Positions 44,085 to 53,670 of a stretch of DNA of 64,000 nt are shown here, piece by piece. Numbering within the stretch: the first letter of the stretch is position 1; each line of letters opens with the position of its first letter. The DNA comes from a virus (Duplodnaviria; Heunggongvirae; Uroviricota; Caudoviricetes). The notes beneath the pieces are model-generated. The model was not told the DNA's origin. It ran no database searches and saw only the letters and a list, made by a program, of their open reading frames with translations. Position numbers and translations under genes: made by a program. Where the stretch lies: positions 1-64,000 of the IMG/VR virus record IMGVR_UViG_3300032046_000003, one strand, 5' to 3'.

Positions 44085-45070
44085 TAACCGGGGTGACAGG
44101 CCAAGATGGAAGTTATCTTACTGAATTACTTCTTGACAAAGGATATGAAGTCTGGGGAGTGAAAAGAAGATCAAGCTCTTTTAACACCGCCAGAATAAAT
44201 CATATTTTTGATAAAATACAATTATTATACGGCGATTTAACCGATTCAAGCATAGTTTCTATTATTCAAGACGTAATGCCTGATGAGATTTACAATCTAG
44301 CGGCTCAAAGTCACGTTAAGGTCAGTTTTGATATTCCTGAATATACAGTGAACTCTATAGCTCTTGGAACCTTAAGAATTTTAGAGACTATTAGGTCTAT
44401 TAAAGACAAACAAATAAAAATGTACCAGGCTTCAAGCAGTGAAATGTTCGGCTCAAGTCTTCCGCCCCAAAACGAAAATACTCTTTTCAATCCACAGAGT
44501 CCGTATGCCTGTGCAAAAGTCTTTTCATATAACCTTACAAGAAACTACAGGAAAGCTTATAACGTGTTTGTTTCTAACGGTATTTTATTTAATCATGAAA
44601 GTCCAAGAAGAGGAGAGACTTTTGTTACCAAAAAAATAACAAGAGGGTTGGCAAGAGTCGCAGCGGGATTAGAAGATAAAATAACTTTAGGAAACTTGGA
44701 TGCCAAAAGAGATTGGGGGCATTCTAAAGATTACTGCGAGGCGATGTATTTAATGTTGCAGCAAGATACGCCAGATGATTTCGTTGTAGCTACTGGTGAA
44801 AGTCATTCAGTTAGAGAGTTTTTAATAAAGTGTCTAGAGTGGATAGGCACAGATTACGAGTTTGTAGGAACCGGACTGCAGGAGAAAGTGGTAGACAAAA
44901 AGACCGGACAGGTAATCGTAGATATAGACGAGAAATTTTTTAGGCCGTCTGAGGTTAATTATTTATGCGGTGATTCAAGCAAAGCGAGAAAATTGTTAGG
45001 CTGGAATCCAAAAGTAACTTTTGACGAATTGGTCAGCTCAATGATGGAAGAAGACTTTAAAAATGTTTGA
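44060..45070 (+). CDS. gmd: GDP-mannose 4,6-dehydratase
   Basis: LITGVTGQDGSYL Rossmann motif; SDR YxxxK region; overall Gmd-like. Confidence 0.85.
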   Translation: MSKSKTCLITGVTGQDGSYLTELLLDKGYEVWGVKRRSSSFNTARINHIFDKIQLLYGDLTDSSIVSIIQDVMPDEIYNLAAQSHVKVSFDIPEYTVNSIALGTLRILETIRSIKDKQIKMYQASSSEMFGSSLPPQNENTLFNPQSPYACAKVFSYNLTRNYRKAYNVFVSNGILFNHESPRRGETFVTKKITRGLARVAAGLEDKITLGNLDAKRDWGHSKDYCEAMYLMLQQDTPDDFVVATGESHSVREFLIKCLEWIGTDYEFVGTGLQEKVVDKKTGQVIVDIDEKFFRPSEVNYLCGDSSKARKLLGWNPKVTFDELVSSMMEEDFKNV

Positions 45071-45989
45071 ACAGACTAAAAAAACGCTCATTACGGGCGC
45101 TCACGGAATGGTGGGGAACTGCCTAACCGAAAAGCTAAAAGAGTTCGGGTACAATGATTTGCTAACTCCAACAAGACATGATTTAGATTTAACCGATTCA
45201 AAGCAAGTAGATAATTACATATATGAAACTAGACCGAAATACGTTTTTCATCTGGCAGCGGTTGTCGGAGGCATTCAATTTAACATTGACAATCCTGTTA
45301 AAATGCTAAAAGATAACTTAAAAATAAATATAAACGTGTTTGAATCCTGTAATAAATACAAGATTGAAAAAATGTTATATTTGGGTTCATCTTGCACATA
45401 TCCCGCCGAATGCAAACAACCTATGAAGGAAGAATACTTGCTGACAGGCAAATTAGAACCCACTAATGAGGGATATGCCTTGGCAAAGATTATAGGTTTA
45501 AAATTGGCAGAATATTATAAAAAACAAAACGGTTTGAATGTTGTATGCTTAATACCCCCCAATTTATATCACGAGAATAAAATAGCAGATTCAAAATCTC
45601 ATGTTCTTGAAGCTTTAGTAAAAAAAATATGTGAAGCAAAGATCAACAGTTTTTCAAACGTAATTGTATGGGGAGATGGAGAATCACGCAGAGAATTAAT
45701 GCACGCAGATGATATAGCAGATGCAATGTTATATTTCATAGATAAGAATCCCGGTTTAATAAACGTTGGAACTGGTTTAGACTGCTCAATAAAAGAATTA
45801 ACGCAAATGATCGCCGAAGAGACTGAATACGCCGGTGAGATTACCTGGGATAAAACGAAGCCAAACGGAATGCGCAAGAAGCTAATGAATGTAGACAAAA
45901 TGAAGAGTTTTGGATTCAAACCAAAAATTAGTATTCGCGAGGGTATTAAAAGAAGCATTAAAAAATATATGGAGTTGAGCAAAGTATGA
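45063..45989 (+). CDS. fcl: GDP-L-fucose synthase (GDP-4-keto-6-deoxymannose 3,5-epimerase/4-reductase)
   Basis: LITGAHGMVG; immediately downstream of gmd. Confidence 0.8.
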   Translation: MFEQTKKTLITGAHGMVGNCLTEKLKEFGYNDLLTPTRHDLDLTDSKQVDNYIYETRPKYVFHLAAVVGGIQFNIDNPVKMLKDNLKININVFESCNKYKIEKMLYLGSSCTYPAECKQPMKEEYLLTGKLEPTNEGYALAKIIGLKLAEYYKKQNGLNVVCLIPPNLYHENKIADSKSHVLEALVKKICEAKINSFSNVIVWGDGESRRELMHADDIADAMLYFIDKNPGLINVGTGLDCSIKELTQMIAEETEYAGEITWDKTKPNGMRKKLMNVDKMKSFGFKPKISIREGIKRSIKKYMELSKV

Positions 45990-47152
45990 TACCATTAATG
46001 AAAAATGCTTTTAGCAATGAAGTAGACACCTGCCAAAAACTTTCGCAGTTTATTGCATCTGTCCCCAAATTATCTATGGGTGATAAATGCGAACAATTTG
46101 AGCAAGAATTCGCCAAGTATCAAGAAAGAAAATATTGTATATTAGTTAACAGCGGTGGAAGCGCCAATCTTCTTTTAATACAAACGCTAAAGAATATGGG
46201 CAAAATAAAGAAACACGCAAAAGTTGGATTTTCTTCTTTAACCTGGTCTACAAACGTGATGCCTATAATACAACAGGGATTAATTCCAATTCCCATAGAC
46301 TGCTCAATAAAAACCTTGAATGTGATGTCGGATGAATTAGAAAAGACAATAAAAAATCATCATATAGACGTGTTCTTTTCTACGAATGTTCTAGGCTTTA
46401 TGGGTGATTTATATGCGATTAAGAGGATATGCGAAGAAAACAATGTATTATATATTGAAGATAACTGCGAAGCATTAGGTTCGGAATCTAATGCAATTAA
46501 AGCCGGCAATTTTGGCTTGGCCTCTACATTCAGCTTTTTCGTAGCGCACCACCAAAGCTCTATAGAAGGTGGTATAATTGCTACTGACGATGAAGAGCTG
46601 GCCATGAATTTAACATTAAGCAGAGCTAATGGGTGGGATCGTAATTTGCCGGCTGATAAGCAAGAATTGCTTAGAAAAAACAATAACATCAAATCTGAAT
46701 TTCACTCAAAATATATATTTTATGATTTGGGCTTCAATTTTCGTCCTACAGAAATTACAGGCTTTCTCGGATTAAATCAATTAGTATATTTAAAGTCTAA
46801 CTTAAAAATACGTGAAAATAATTATAAAGAGATAGATGCCGTTATTAAAAACAACGACGAACTGGCGTCTATTAATACAAATTATTACGATTTTATTCCT
46901 GCATTCTCTACTCCAATTGTTGCTAAAACTAAAGAATTAAGAGACAAGTACTTTGAGCGATTTAAAGATAACGTAGAAATAAGGCCTATTATTGCGGGTA
47001 ATATAACCAATCAGCCATTTTGGAATAAATATGTCAATGCCAATTACGATTTGCCTGGCACAGATTTTATTGATCAAAATGGGTTTTACTTCACTAACGA
47101 CCCGGCGCTTAAGCGAAAAGAAATAGATTTAATAAAAGATTTATTGAGGTAA
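45986..47152 (+). CDS. DegT-like PLP-dependent aminotransferase (second copy)
   Basis: ..VNSGGSANLL..; DegT-like length and block order. Confidence 0.65.
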   Translation: MIPLMKNAFSNEVDTCQKLSQFIASVPKLSMGDKCEQFEQEFAKYQERKYCILVNSGGSANLLLIQTLKNMGKIKKHAKVGFSSLTWSTNVMPIIQQGLIPIPIDCSIKTLNVMSDELEKTIKNHHIDVFFSTNVLGFMGDLYAIKRICEENNVLYIEDNCEALGSESNAIKAGNFGLASTFSFFVAHHQSSIEGGIIATDDEELAMNLTLSRANGWDRNLPADKQELLRKNNNIKSEFHSKYIFYDLGFNFRPTEITGFLGLNQLVYLKSNLKIRENNYKEIDAVIKNNDELASINTNYYDFIPAFSTPIVAKTKELRDKYFERFKDNVEIRPIIAGNITNQPFWNKYVNANYDLPGTDFIDQNGFYFTNDPALKRKEIDLIKDLLR

Positions 47153-47160
47153 AGCTGGCA

Positions 47161-48000
47161 ATGGCACCACTGTGGACTATTGGAACGGTTAATTATAAAA
47201 CAGAATCCTATTTGCCTTGGAAGCTCAAAATGATGTATGAAAACGAAGACAGCTCCAAGTTTGAATATGTAATTGTAGACAACTCCCCGGTACACAATGA
47301 ACAATTCTTTAGTTTCTTAAAGCAAAAATATCCTCTGATAAAAGTTATTCCATTCGTTCCAAAAGACGTTAACAGAACTTCAGGAGAACATGGCGAAGGA
47401 TTAAACGTAATATTAGACGAAGCGAGAAAAAACGGTTCTACATATTTAATGGTATACGACCCAGACTTCTTTTGGGTACAAAAATATCTATTAGATTATT
47501 TCGAAAGAGCAATCAAGATTGAAAATTACGTTGCGATAGGCGCTCCGTATACTATTCATATAGGACACGGTAATCCTTTATTTCCTGTAGCATTTGGGTG
47601 TGTTTATCCTGTGAAAGCTTTGGACGGGCTAGATTTTTCAACCTCTAAAGACCCACATGAATTGCTGATTGGTGGTAAGGATGTCGGCTGGAAAATAAGA
47701 GTCAATTTATCTGACAAAAAGTTTTTAACATTTATTCAATCAGATGTTCCAGCTAATGAAAGAATGCCAGGACAATATAGCTTCGAATGTATTCTTAGAC
47801 AATATTTTTTATACGGAAAAAGAATAGCATATCATTTACATAGGGGCTCGTTTGATGATGGTTTGGCAAAATTTCAAGCAGAAAATTGGCGTTCGGATAG
47901 AAATAAAGATTTACACGAACCTCCAACAAATTGGATTGCATTAAGAGAGGCCTATTGCCAAAAATATTATGAGGAGTTAACCAAAAGTGCAAGATTTTAA
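47161..48000 (+). CDS. GT2-like glycosyltransferase
   Basis: WTIGTVNYK..YVIVDNSP; paralog of N-domain of 39283 ORF. Confidence 0.55.
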   Translation: MAPLWTIGTVNYKTESYLPWKLKMMYENEDSSKFEYVIVDNSPVHNEQFFSFLKQKYPLIKVIPFVPKDVNRTSGEHGEGLNVILDEARKNGSTYLMVYDPDFFWVQKYLLDYFERAIKIENYVAIGAPYTIHIGHGNPLFPVAFGCVYPVKALDGLDFSTSKDPHELLIGGKDVGWKIRVNLSDKKFLTFIQSDVPANERMPGQYSFECILRQYFLYGKRIAYHLHRGSFDDGLAKFQAENWRSDRNKDLHEPPTNWIALREAYCQKYYEELTKSARF

Positions 48001-48505
48001 AATTAGATTAATTGAAAGAGAAGACTTAGATTTTATAAGAGAAATTAGAAGTAACCCGGAAACTACAAAATATCTTGGTACATTTGAATTATTAAGCAAA
48101 GAAAAACAAGAAAAATGGTTTGAAGGTTTGTTGAATGACAATAGCAGAATGTATTTTATATTCGAGCTTAATAAAAAAAGAATAGGCTACCTTAGAATAA
48201 CAGCTATTGATTATATAAATCGTTCAATGTGCGTCGGGGGAGATATACACAAGAAGTTTAGAGGCAAGGGCTACAGCAAGAAAATGTTTGACTTGATATT
48301 CGATCTTGGATTTTATAAAATGAATTTTAATAAGATGTGGCTTTATGTGCTTGAATCAAACGCAAGAGCCCGACACATTTATAAAAAACTCGGATTCAAA
48401 GAAAATGGAATATCCCGCGAAGCTGTATATAAAGATGGTAAGTATTTGGACTATATCTATATGGATATTCTTTGTAAGGAAATGCAAATAGAAAAGGAGA
48501 GATAA
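47987..48505 (+). CDS. GNAT family N-acetyltransferase
   Basis: GNAT-like motif A region (..VGGDIHKKFRGKGYSKKM..); GTG start. Confidence 0.6.
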   Translation: MQDFKIRLIEREDLDFIREIRSNPETTKYLGTFELLSKEKQEKWFEGLLNDNSRMYFIFELNKKRIGYLRITAIDYINRSMCVGGDIHKKFRGKGYSKKMFDLIFDLGFYKMNFNKMWLYVLESNARARHIYKKLGFKENGISREAVYKDGKYLDYIYMDILCKEMQIEKER

Positions 48506-48507
48506 AA

Positions 48508-48759
48508 ATGGAAGAACAAAAGATAGAAAAGAAAGAGGTAAAGATTGAGTCTAAAGAGGACGCAATAAAAATCCTGGAGAATCTGCACATTACTATATAT
48601 TCAAGAATGAAGGGCAAAGGATTGGGACTTATAGAAAAAATAATGGGAGAAAGTGACGAGGCATTAGAGGCCAACAAGACGCTATATACTTCTTATGTAA
48701 GCTCGGTGGCTAACGACGTGTCTAAGACCATAAAGAAAGCTCTCGAGTTCTTAAAATAG
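48508..48759 (+). CDS. hypothetical protein
   Basis: ORF after SD GGAGAGATAAAA. Confidence 0.4.
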   Translation: MEEQKIEKKEVKIESKEDAIKILENLHITIYSRMKGKGLGLIEKIMGESDEALEANKTLYTSYVSSVANDVSKTIKKALEFLK

Positions 48760-48760
48760 C

Positions 48761-49147
48761 ATGCCGCTAAATAGATTCAATAATTTTGATAATGCCGGAG
48801 AACACAAGCTCTCAGAACTTTTTGATATACAAAAAAGAGACGGAGAAGGTCCATCTCAGTATAGACAAAGATTAAGAGGAGTCGCAGACCATTACCAAGC
48901 GACATACGAGGTGAAAGCAATGCCAATGATCGAGCAAATTCAAGACGTAGAATACGAGGTTACCGGGCACGATACCCATTTGTCGGAATATATTAGGAAA
49001 AGGGGCATAACTTTAAAGTCGGTTACGATAGGCACGAGAAGACCTGCCGAAAAGGTTTTAACCAGTCAATTGGCTAAAGAGAATAAGCCTCGAATGTTTA
49101 TAGACGCTTTCGGGAACATATGGGAGGCTAGAAAAAAGTTAGTTTAA
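48761..49147 (+). CDS. hypothetical protein
   Basis: ORF. Confidence 0.4.
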   Translation: MPLNRFNNFDNAGEHKLSELFDIQKRDGEGPSQYRQRLRGVADHYQATYEVKAMPMIEQIQDVEYEVTGHDTHLSEYIRKRGITLKSVTIGTRRPAEKVLTSQLAKENKPRMFIDAFGNIWEARKKLV

Positions 49148-49171
49148 ATCTTCAAACAAGTGCATTATAAT
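49143..49171 (+). promoter_or_regulatory. sigma70-like promoter TTTAAA-17-TATAAT (CAGTTTAAATCT family)
   Basis: Conserved extended motif. Confidence 0.5.
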
Positions 49172-49205
49172 AGTAATATAAGCAAAGTAAAGGAAGGTGG
49201 ATAAA

Positions 49206-49520
49206 ATGAACAAAGGCGTAAAAGAGTTGAAGTCGGAGTTGAAAAAATATTTTCCTGAACATAAATTCAGTTTGAAATATGATAAATATGCCGGCGGCTC
49301 AAATATTGCTGTTTTTGTAGATCCCCCTTTTATGTATAATAATGGAGAAAGTGATGATAAAAAAATAGATAGAGTAGAAGCGATATGTAAGCAATATCAA
49401 GCGTATAAAGATACTAATGCTGAAGACGATTCTATAATTTATGCTACTGAAAATGAGCGTCCTAAAAAATGTGCAACTTATGTTACTTTTCATAATTTCA
49501 CTAAGAGTGTATGTATATGA
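49206..49520 (+). CDS. hypothetical protein
   Basis: ATG 49206 after AAGGAAGGTGG. Confidence 0.4.
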   Translation: MNKGVKELKSELKKYFPEHKFSLKYDKYAGGSNIAVFVDPPFMYNNGESDDKKIDRVEAICKQYQAYKDTNAEDDSIIYATENERPKKCATYVTFHNFTKSVCI

Positions 49521-49708
49521 TAAATTGCAGTAAAAAGAAAAAGTTAAGTGGCGGATTATTTTGCATGAAAAGACTAGAAAGAACAATCGAGGAAGATTGC
49601 GCTAAATGTGAATTAGCCGATGGCGGAAAATATAAAGAAAAGAAAGCTCATAGGCGAAGAAAGATTGGTAGAGAATACTCCCTAGGTGGAAAAGTTATAA
49701 AAGTATAA
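49511..49708 (+). CDS. small basic protein
   Basis: ORF. Confidence 0.3.
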   Translation: MYMINCSKKKKLSGGLFCMKRLERTIEEDCAKCELADGGKYKEKKAHRRRKIGREYSLGGKVIKV

Positions 49709-49723
49709 AGGAGTTGAAGTAAA

Positions 49724-50314
49724 GTGGCTATAAGAGACGGATCGAATTTAATGAATAGAAGCTGGAACTGCAGGAATTGTAGTAGAGAACCAAACTGGGG
49801 AAAAAGAAATTGTAAAAAATGTGCTAACTATTATACTTCAGAATTTAAAGACGCATCTAAAATAAGAGCAATAAAAGATCGAAGAGAAAAACGAGAAGCT
49901 AGAATAAATTCACCTAAAGAGCTTATAGATGCGTATAATTATATAAGAGATGCTTTAAATTTACAAGGTTATCTGCCTGTTGCTGAATCGATAACATTTA
50001 GGTGGAATAGCAAAAGAGCAACCACGGGATTAGGAACATGTTGGAAAGATAAGAAGCTTATTGCGGTAACGTGGAAATACAGAGATTTTGCAGATAGAAT
50101 GGAAACATACAATAGACAGAATTTACTTGAGACAATGTTGCACGAGGCGCTTCATTTAAGAATGCCTCATCACAAGAAATCATTTAAGAGAAAAGAGCAA
50201 GAACTAATAATCAAATTGAGAAAAATAACCGGGCATACGGGACATATCGAATTCAAAACAGAAAACAATGAAGTACTAGAACAACTAGAACAAATCGTAC
50301 AAGGAGCAAACTAA
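49724..50314 (+). CDS. zinc-ribbon + HExxH metallopeptidase-like protein
   Basis: CRNCSREPNWGKRNCKKC; MLHEALHLRMPHH; GTG start after AAGGAGTTGAAGTAAA (same start context as ORF 245). Confidence 0.5.
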   Translation: MAIRDGSNLMNRSWNCRNCSREPNWGKRNCKKCANYYTSEFKDASKIRAIKDRREKREARINSPKELIDAYNYIRDALNLQGYLPVAESITFRWNSKRATTGLGTCWKDKKLIAVTWKYRDFADRMETYNRQNLLETMLHEALHLRMPHHKKSFKRKEQELIIKLRKITGHTGHIEFKTENNEVLEQLEQIVQGAN

Positions 50315-50315
50315 A

Positions 50316-51314
50316 ATGGCATTAAGTAAATATACAACTAGCGATAATACATTTGAAGATTACGTTGCAAAGTCGGGTATAAACTTGGAGAAATCTAAAG
50401 GTCCTTGGAAAAAGGGAAAGAAGTATATAGATTCAGATAGAATATCTAGTGATGAAGATAGAAAGGCAGATAGATTATTTGTAAAAGAACATGAAAAAGA
50501 ATTTAATAAGATTCCAGAACGTAAATTTAGACAACAACAGGAAAAATGGGTTAAGGAGCATTTTCAAAAAGAGTCGGGTGAGACATTGGAAGTAGAGAAA
50601 GCTCAACAAGAGGCGCATATTAGAGTCTCCTCAGCTGGTAAACCTTTTTCTGCTGGTAAAGGAGCTAAAAAAGTAGAAGTTCCTATTAAATTCAAAAAGT
50701 TGGTTGATGATGTAATATTAACAGAATTTTCCGGACATCATATCATAAAAGAAAAGTTACAAGAAACCCACGCTAAAATAGGTAATTACTCTTTGAGAAG
50801 TTATGATAATAGTCAATATTTAGTTAGAAGTTTAAAAAATGCAGGTTTTCCAGATTTGAATAAAATAAATGCCTCTCTTGAGAAAAAAGGTTATACACTA
50901 GATGAAGGCTGGCAAGATGACAAAGGCAGGATTAACGAAGAGCAGTTTAACAATCTGTTTTGGGATGACGTAAGAATAACCGCCGAAGAACTAGAACAGA
51001 AATATCCCGGATTTGCAGTAGTTGGTAGAACAGGCGGATGGTGGGGAATTAATGCCGATGAAATAGAATCTTATGTAGACATATTTGTCAATTACAATAA
51101 AATACTTAAACAAATGGGCCCTAATGCAACTTATGATGATATATATGAATATGTTCAAGGCCATCAAGATAACGTGTTAGGAAACATTACTTTACAAGAA
51201 GGCGCAAAACTCAAAGCCTTAGATTTAGACCTAAATTCAATGGTAAAGCATTTTGAATCAACTGACCGATGGGTAGAACAGCTTATAGAAAACAATTACG
51301 CAACAAAAAATTAA
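50316..51314 (+). CDS. protein with internal KQHIRVSS-like module (AHIRVSSAGKPFSAGKGAKK)
   Basis: Own alignment to 31093/34641/52520 ORFs. Confidence 0.5.
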   Translation: MALSKYTTSDNTFEDYVAKSGINLEKSKGPWKKGKKYIDSDRISSDEDRKADRLFVKEHEKEFNKIPERKFRQQQEKWVKEHFQKESGETLEVEKAQQEAHIRVSSAGKPFSAGKGAKKVEVPIKFKKLVDDVILTEFSGHHIIKEKLQETHAKIGNYSLRSYDNSQYLVRSLKNAGFPDLNKINASLEKKGYTLDEGWQDDKGRINEEQFNNLFWDDVRITAEELEQKYPGFAVVGRTGGWWGINADEIESYVDIFVNYNKILKQMGPNATYDDIYEYVQGHQDNVLGNITLQEGAKLKALDLDLNSMVKHFESTDRWVEQLIENNYATKN

Positions 51315-51317
51315 CAG

Positions 51318-51346
51318 TTTAAATCTTGCAATAAGTGCATTATAAT
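51318..51346 (+). promoter_or_regulatory. sigma70-like promoter TTTAAA-17-TATAAT (CAGTTTAAATCT family)
   Basis: Conserved extended motif. Confidence 0.5.
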
Positions 51347-51387
51347 TAATATAGATTATAATGTTGACCCAAAAGGAGAGAATAAAA

Positions 51388-52518
51388 ATGGTATTAAATG
51401 TAAACAGATCGAGAGAGGCGAACATACATCAAGAGAATGAGTTAAGTATTGAGAAATCAGCTAGGACACAGACTATAGAGAAGGCAAGTAAGTATGGAGA
51501 GGGCAAAAAAGAGGTTTCAGTTACAGTTCATCCATCAGAAGGTTTACCATTCCAAAGGAAGCAAAAGGTTGGTAGAGCTAATTCAAAGCATCAAGATAAT
51601 TACGAATCAAGAGTAGATGATGCTAATAAAAAAATGGCTAAAGAATATTTAAAGAAAAACTATCCTAATACATATTTATCAGATAAAAAAATAATGTCAA
51701 TAGCACAATTATCTATGAAAGTTCCTCCTAAACCACAATATGAAGGCGATACTGTTTTATTAAAACATGAAACTGCAACAAAAGAAACTCGTTTAGCTGC
51801 AACAATGACTAATTTTATCTCAGTGCTTACACATGCAAATAATGAATTGGCTGAAAATGGCATTATAACAGCTATATATGATGAACTTGGAATTAAGCAT
51901 AAAGAAGGCTGGAGTGGAAAGCCAGATATGGACACAGAAGAAAATTATAAAGACAACGAGCCAAATACAAATAAATGGTATAGTCCTAAAAAACTAGTTA
52001 CAGTTACAGATATTCAAACTAAATATAATGGATTACCTTTCGAAAAGGTAGAAGATAATTATAATTATAGACAACATGTTGAATATTTTACTAAACAAAA
52101 AGCTAGAGACGAAATGGTTGATATGAAGAAAATAAAGAATCCAAAGTATTATAATAGATTATCTGGGTCAATACCTAAATTAAACAGATTAGTTTCAAAT
52201 GCTTTAGGAATGGATATTAAATTTGAAATGTTTGATGCTGAAGAAGATAGACGCGGTGGTTTAAGTGGTTATTTAAAAAGCAAAACATTTGCAGGTAAAG
52301 AATCATTAGGAATAATGTCTCATTCATTATCAAAAGTAGAATTTAATGTTCGCTTTGAAAGAACTAACGAGCATAATAAAGTATGGTGTCCTTTGCACAT
52401 GAGTTGGGAACATCATGATCGTGGTTCAAACGGTTCAGATGCATATACAACAGATGGCAAAAGATTAACCGCATATTACGATCAAATAGCTAATACATGG
52501 ACTTTGGAGGGAGAATAA
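51388..52518 (+). CDS. hypothetical protein (376 aa; possible virion protein)
   Basis: ATG 51388 after AAAAGGAGAGAATAAAA; first gene after promoter. Confidence 0.5.
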   Translation: MVLNVNRSREANIHQENELSIEKSARTQTIEKASKYGEGKKEVSVTVHPSEGLPFQRKQKVGRANSKHQDNYESRVDDANKKMAKEYLKKNYPNTYLSDKKIMSIAQLSMKVPPKPQYEGDTVLLKHETATKETRLAATMTNFISVLTHANNELAENGIITAIYDELGIKHKEGWSGKPDMDTEENYKDNEPNTNKWYSPKKLVTVTDIQTKYNGLPFEKVEDNYNYRQHVEYFTKQKARDEMVDMKKIKNPKYYNRLSGSIPKLNRLVSNALGMDIKFEMFDAEEDRRGGLSGYLKSKTFAGKESLGIMSHSLSKVEFNVRFERTNEHNKVWCPLHMSWEHHDRGSNGSDAYTTDGKRLTAYYDQIANTWTLEGE

Positions 52519-52519
52519 G

Positions 52520-53071
52520 ATGACACTTAAAAAATATAAAACTGACGATAATATTTCAATTGAGAAAACTCAAAAGCAGCATGTAAGGGTTTCATCTACA
52601 GGTAAACCATTCTCGGCCGGCAAAGGAGCTTCTAAGACTCAAGATAAATTAGAGAAAGAATTTACTAATAAAGAAGCTCACAGAACGTCTGGTACATTAT
52701 ATTGGCCAGGAGATAAGACAGTAGTACCTGATACTAGAGAACTTTTTAATGATAAGATGGATAGAAAAGAAGAGTTTGAAGATACTAATGAAAGATCGTA
52801 TAAATTGCATGAATTTACCTCTGAACAAATTGAAGCATTAAGACATATATACAAACACAGATTGCTATTAGTTGGTGAAAAAACTTCAGCATTTGATAAT
52901 ATATTTGTTGAAGACACTTCCGATCCAAAGAATCCTCATGTTAAAAGTCTTGAATGGATTATAAATCATCCTGCAAAAGGATATTTCTATGTTGATAATG
53001 AAGGTTATAAATATTCAAGATATTCTATTCCTTTAAGTAAAGAAGTAATTGATGAAATAAGCAAGGTTTAG
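52520..53071 (+). CDS. protein of KQHIRVSSTGKPFSAGKG family (MTLKKY N-terminus)
   Basis: N-terminal 40 aa nearly identical to 31093 ORF. Confidence 0.5.
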   Translation: MTLKKYKTDDNISIEKTQKQHVRVSSTGKPFSAGKGASKTQDKLEKEFTNKEAHRTSGTLYWPGDKTVVPDTRELFNDKMDRKEEFEDTNERSYKLHEFTSEQIEALRHIYKHRLLLVGEKTSAFDNIFVEDTSDPKNPHVKSLEWIINHPAKGYFYVDNEGYKYSRYSIPLSKEVIDEISKV

Positions 53072-53075
53072 TTTC

Positions 53076-53489
53076 ATGTATTATGTCTGCGCCGGCAAGG
53101 TGAACTATTACTCCACAACAAGCAAGCCGCTTTACAATTTCGGCAACCTGCAGGGATTCAAGGGAAAGTTCATAGACTACAAGGACGATATGGCGGGCTA
53201 CAAGAAAACTCCCCAAGAATTAAATGCGGTCCAACCATATCCCGGTTCTATTACTGATGGCGATGGAAGACTTTGGATAAAACAAGACGGAGAATTAAAC
53301 TCTAGAAGCAATATACAGTTCAATTATGTCGGCAGACAAGGCCCGTTCAACAGGGTGGGCTCGCACGGAGACACTTTTATCCCAAGAACCAGGGTGAAGC
53401 TTAATCAGGACGACGATCCTTTTCCTGATACTTTTAACTTTAGTAATACAATTGCTAATCTAAAAAGACGAGGATTATTAAAAAAATAA
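53076..53489 (+). CDS. hypothetical protein
   Basis: ORF. Confidence 0.4.
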   Translation: MYYVCAGKVNYYSTTSKPLYNFGNLQGFKGKFIDYKDDMAGYKKTPQELNAVQPYPGSITDGDGRLWIKQDGELNSRSNIQFNYVGRQGPFNRVGSHGDTFIPRTRVKLNQDDDPFPDTFNFSNTIANLKRRGLLKK

Positions 53490-53670
53490 AAAGATCATCT
53501 TTTTAATCTTTTGCAGACCTTCCATTTTTCACACCAGCTTCATCCAATATCACAGGATTAGCTTAAAAAATCTCATAAAATCATCCAGGTCACTCCAGGA
53601 GCATCTTTAATTAAAAACAATATATGTCTACATACTTCAATAAAAACATAACCGGGGTCATTTAATAATT

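Noticed and set aside
44439-44639. Internal + ORF 44439..44639 and similar nested ORFs (37028..37246, 9548..9742)
   Set aside because: They are out-of-frame ORFs inside well-supported genes (gmd, terminase, an array member).
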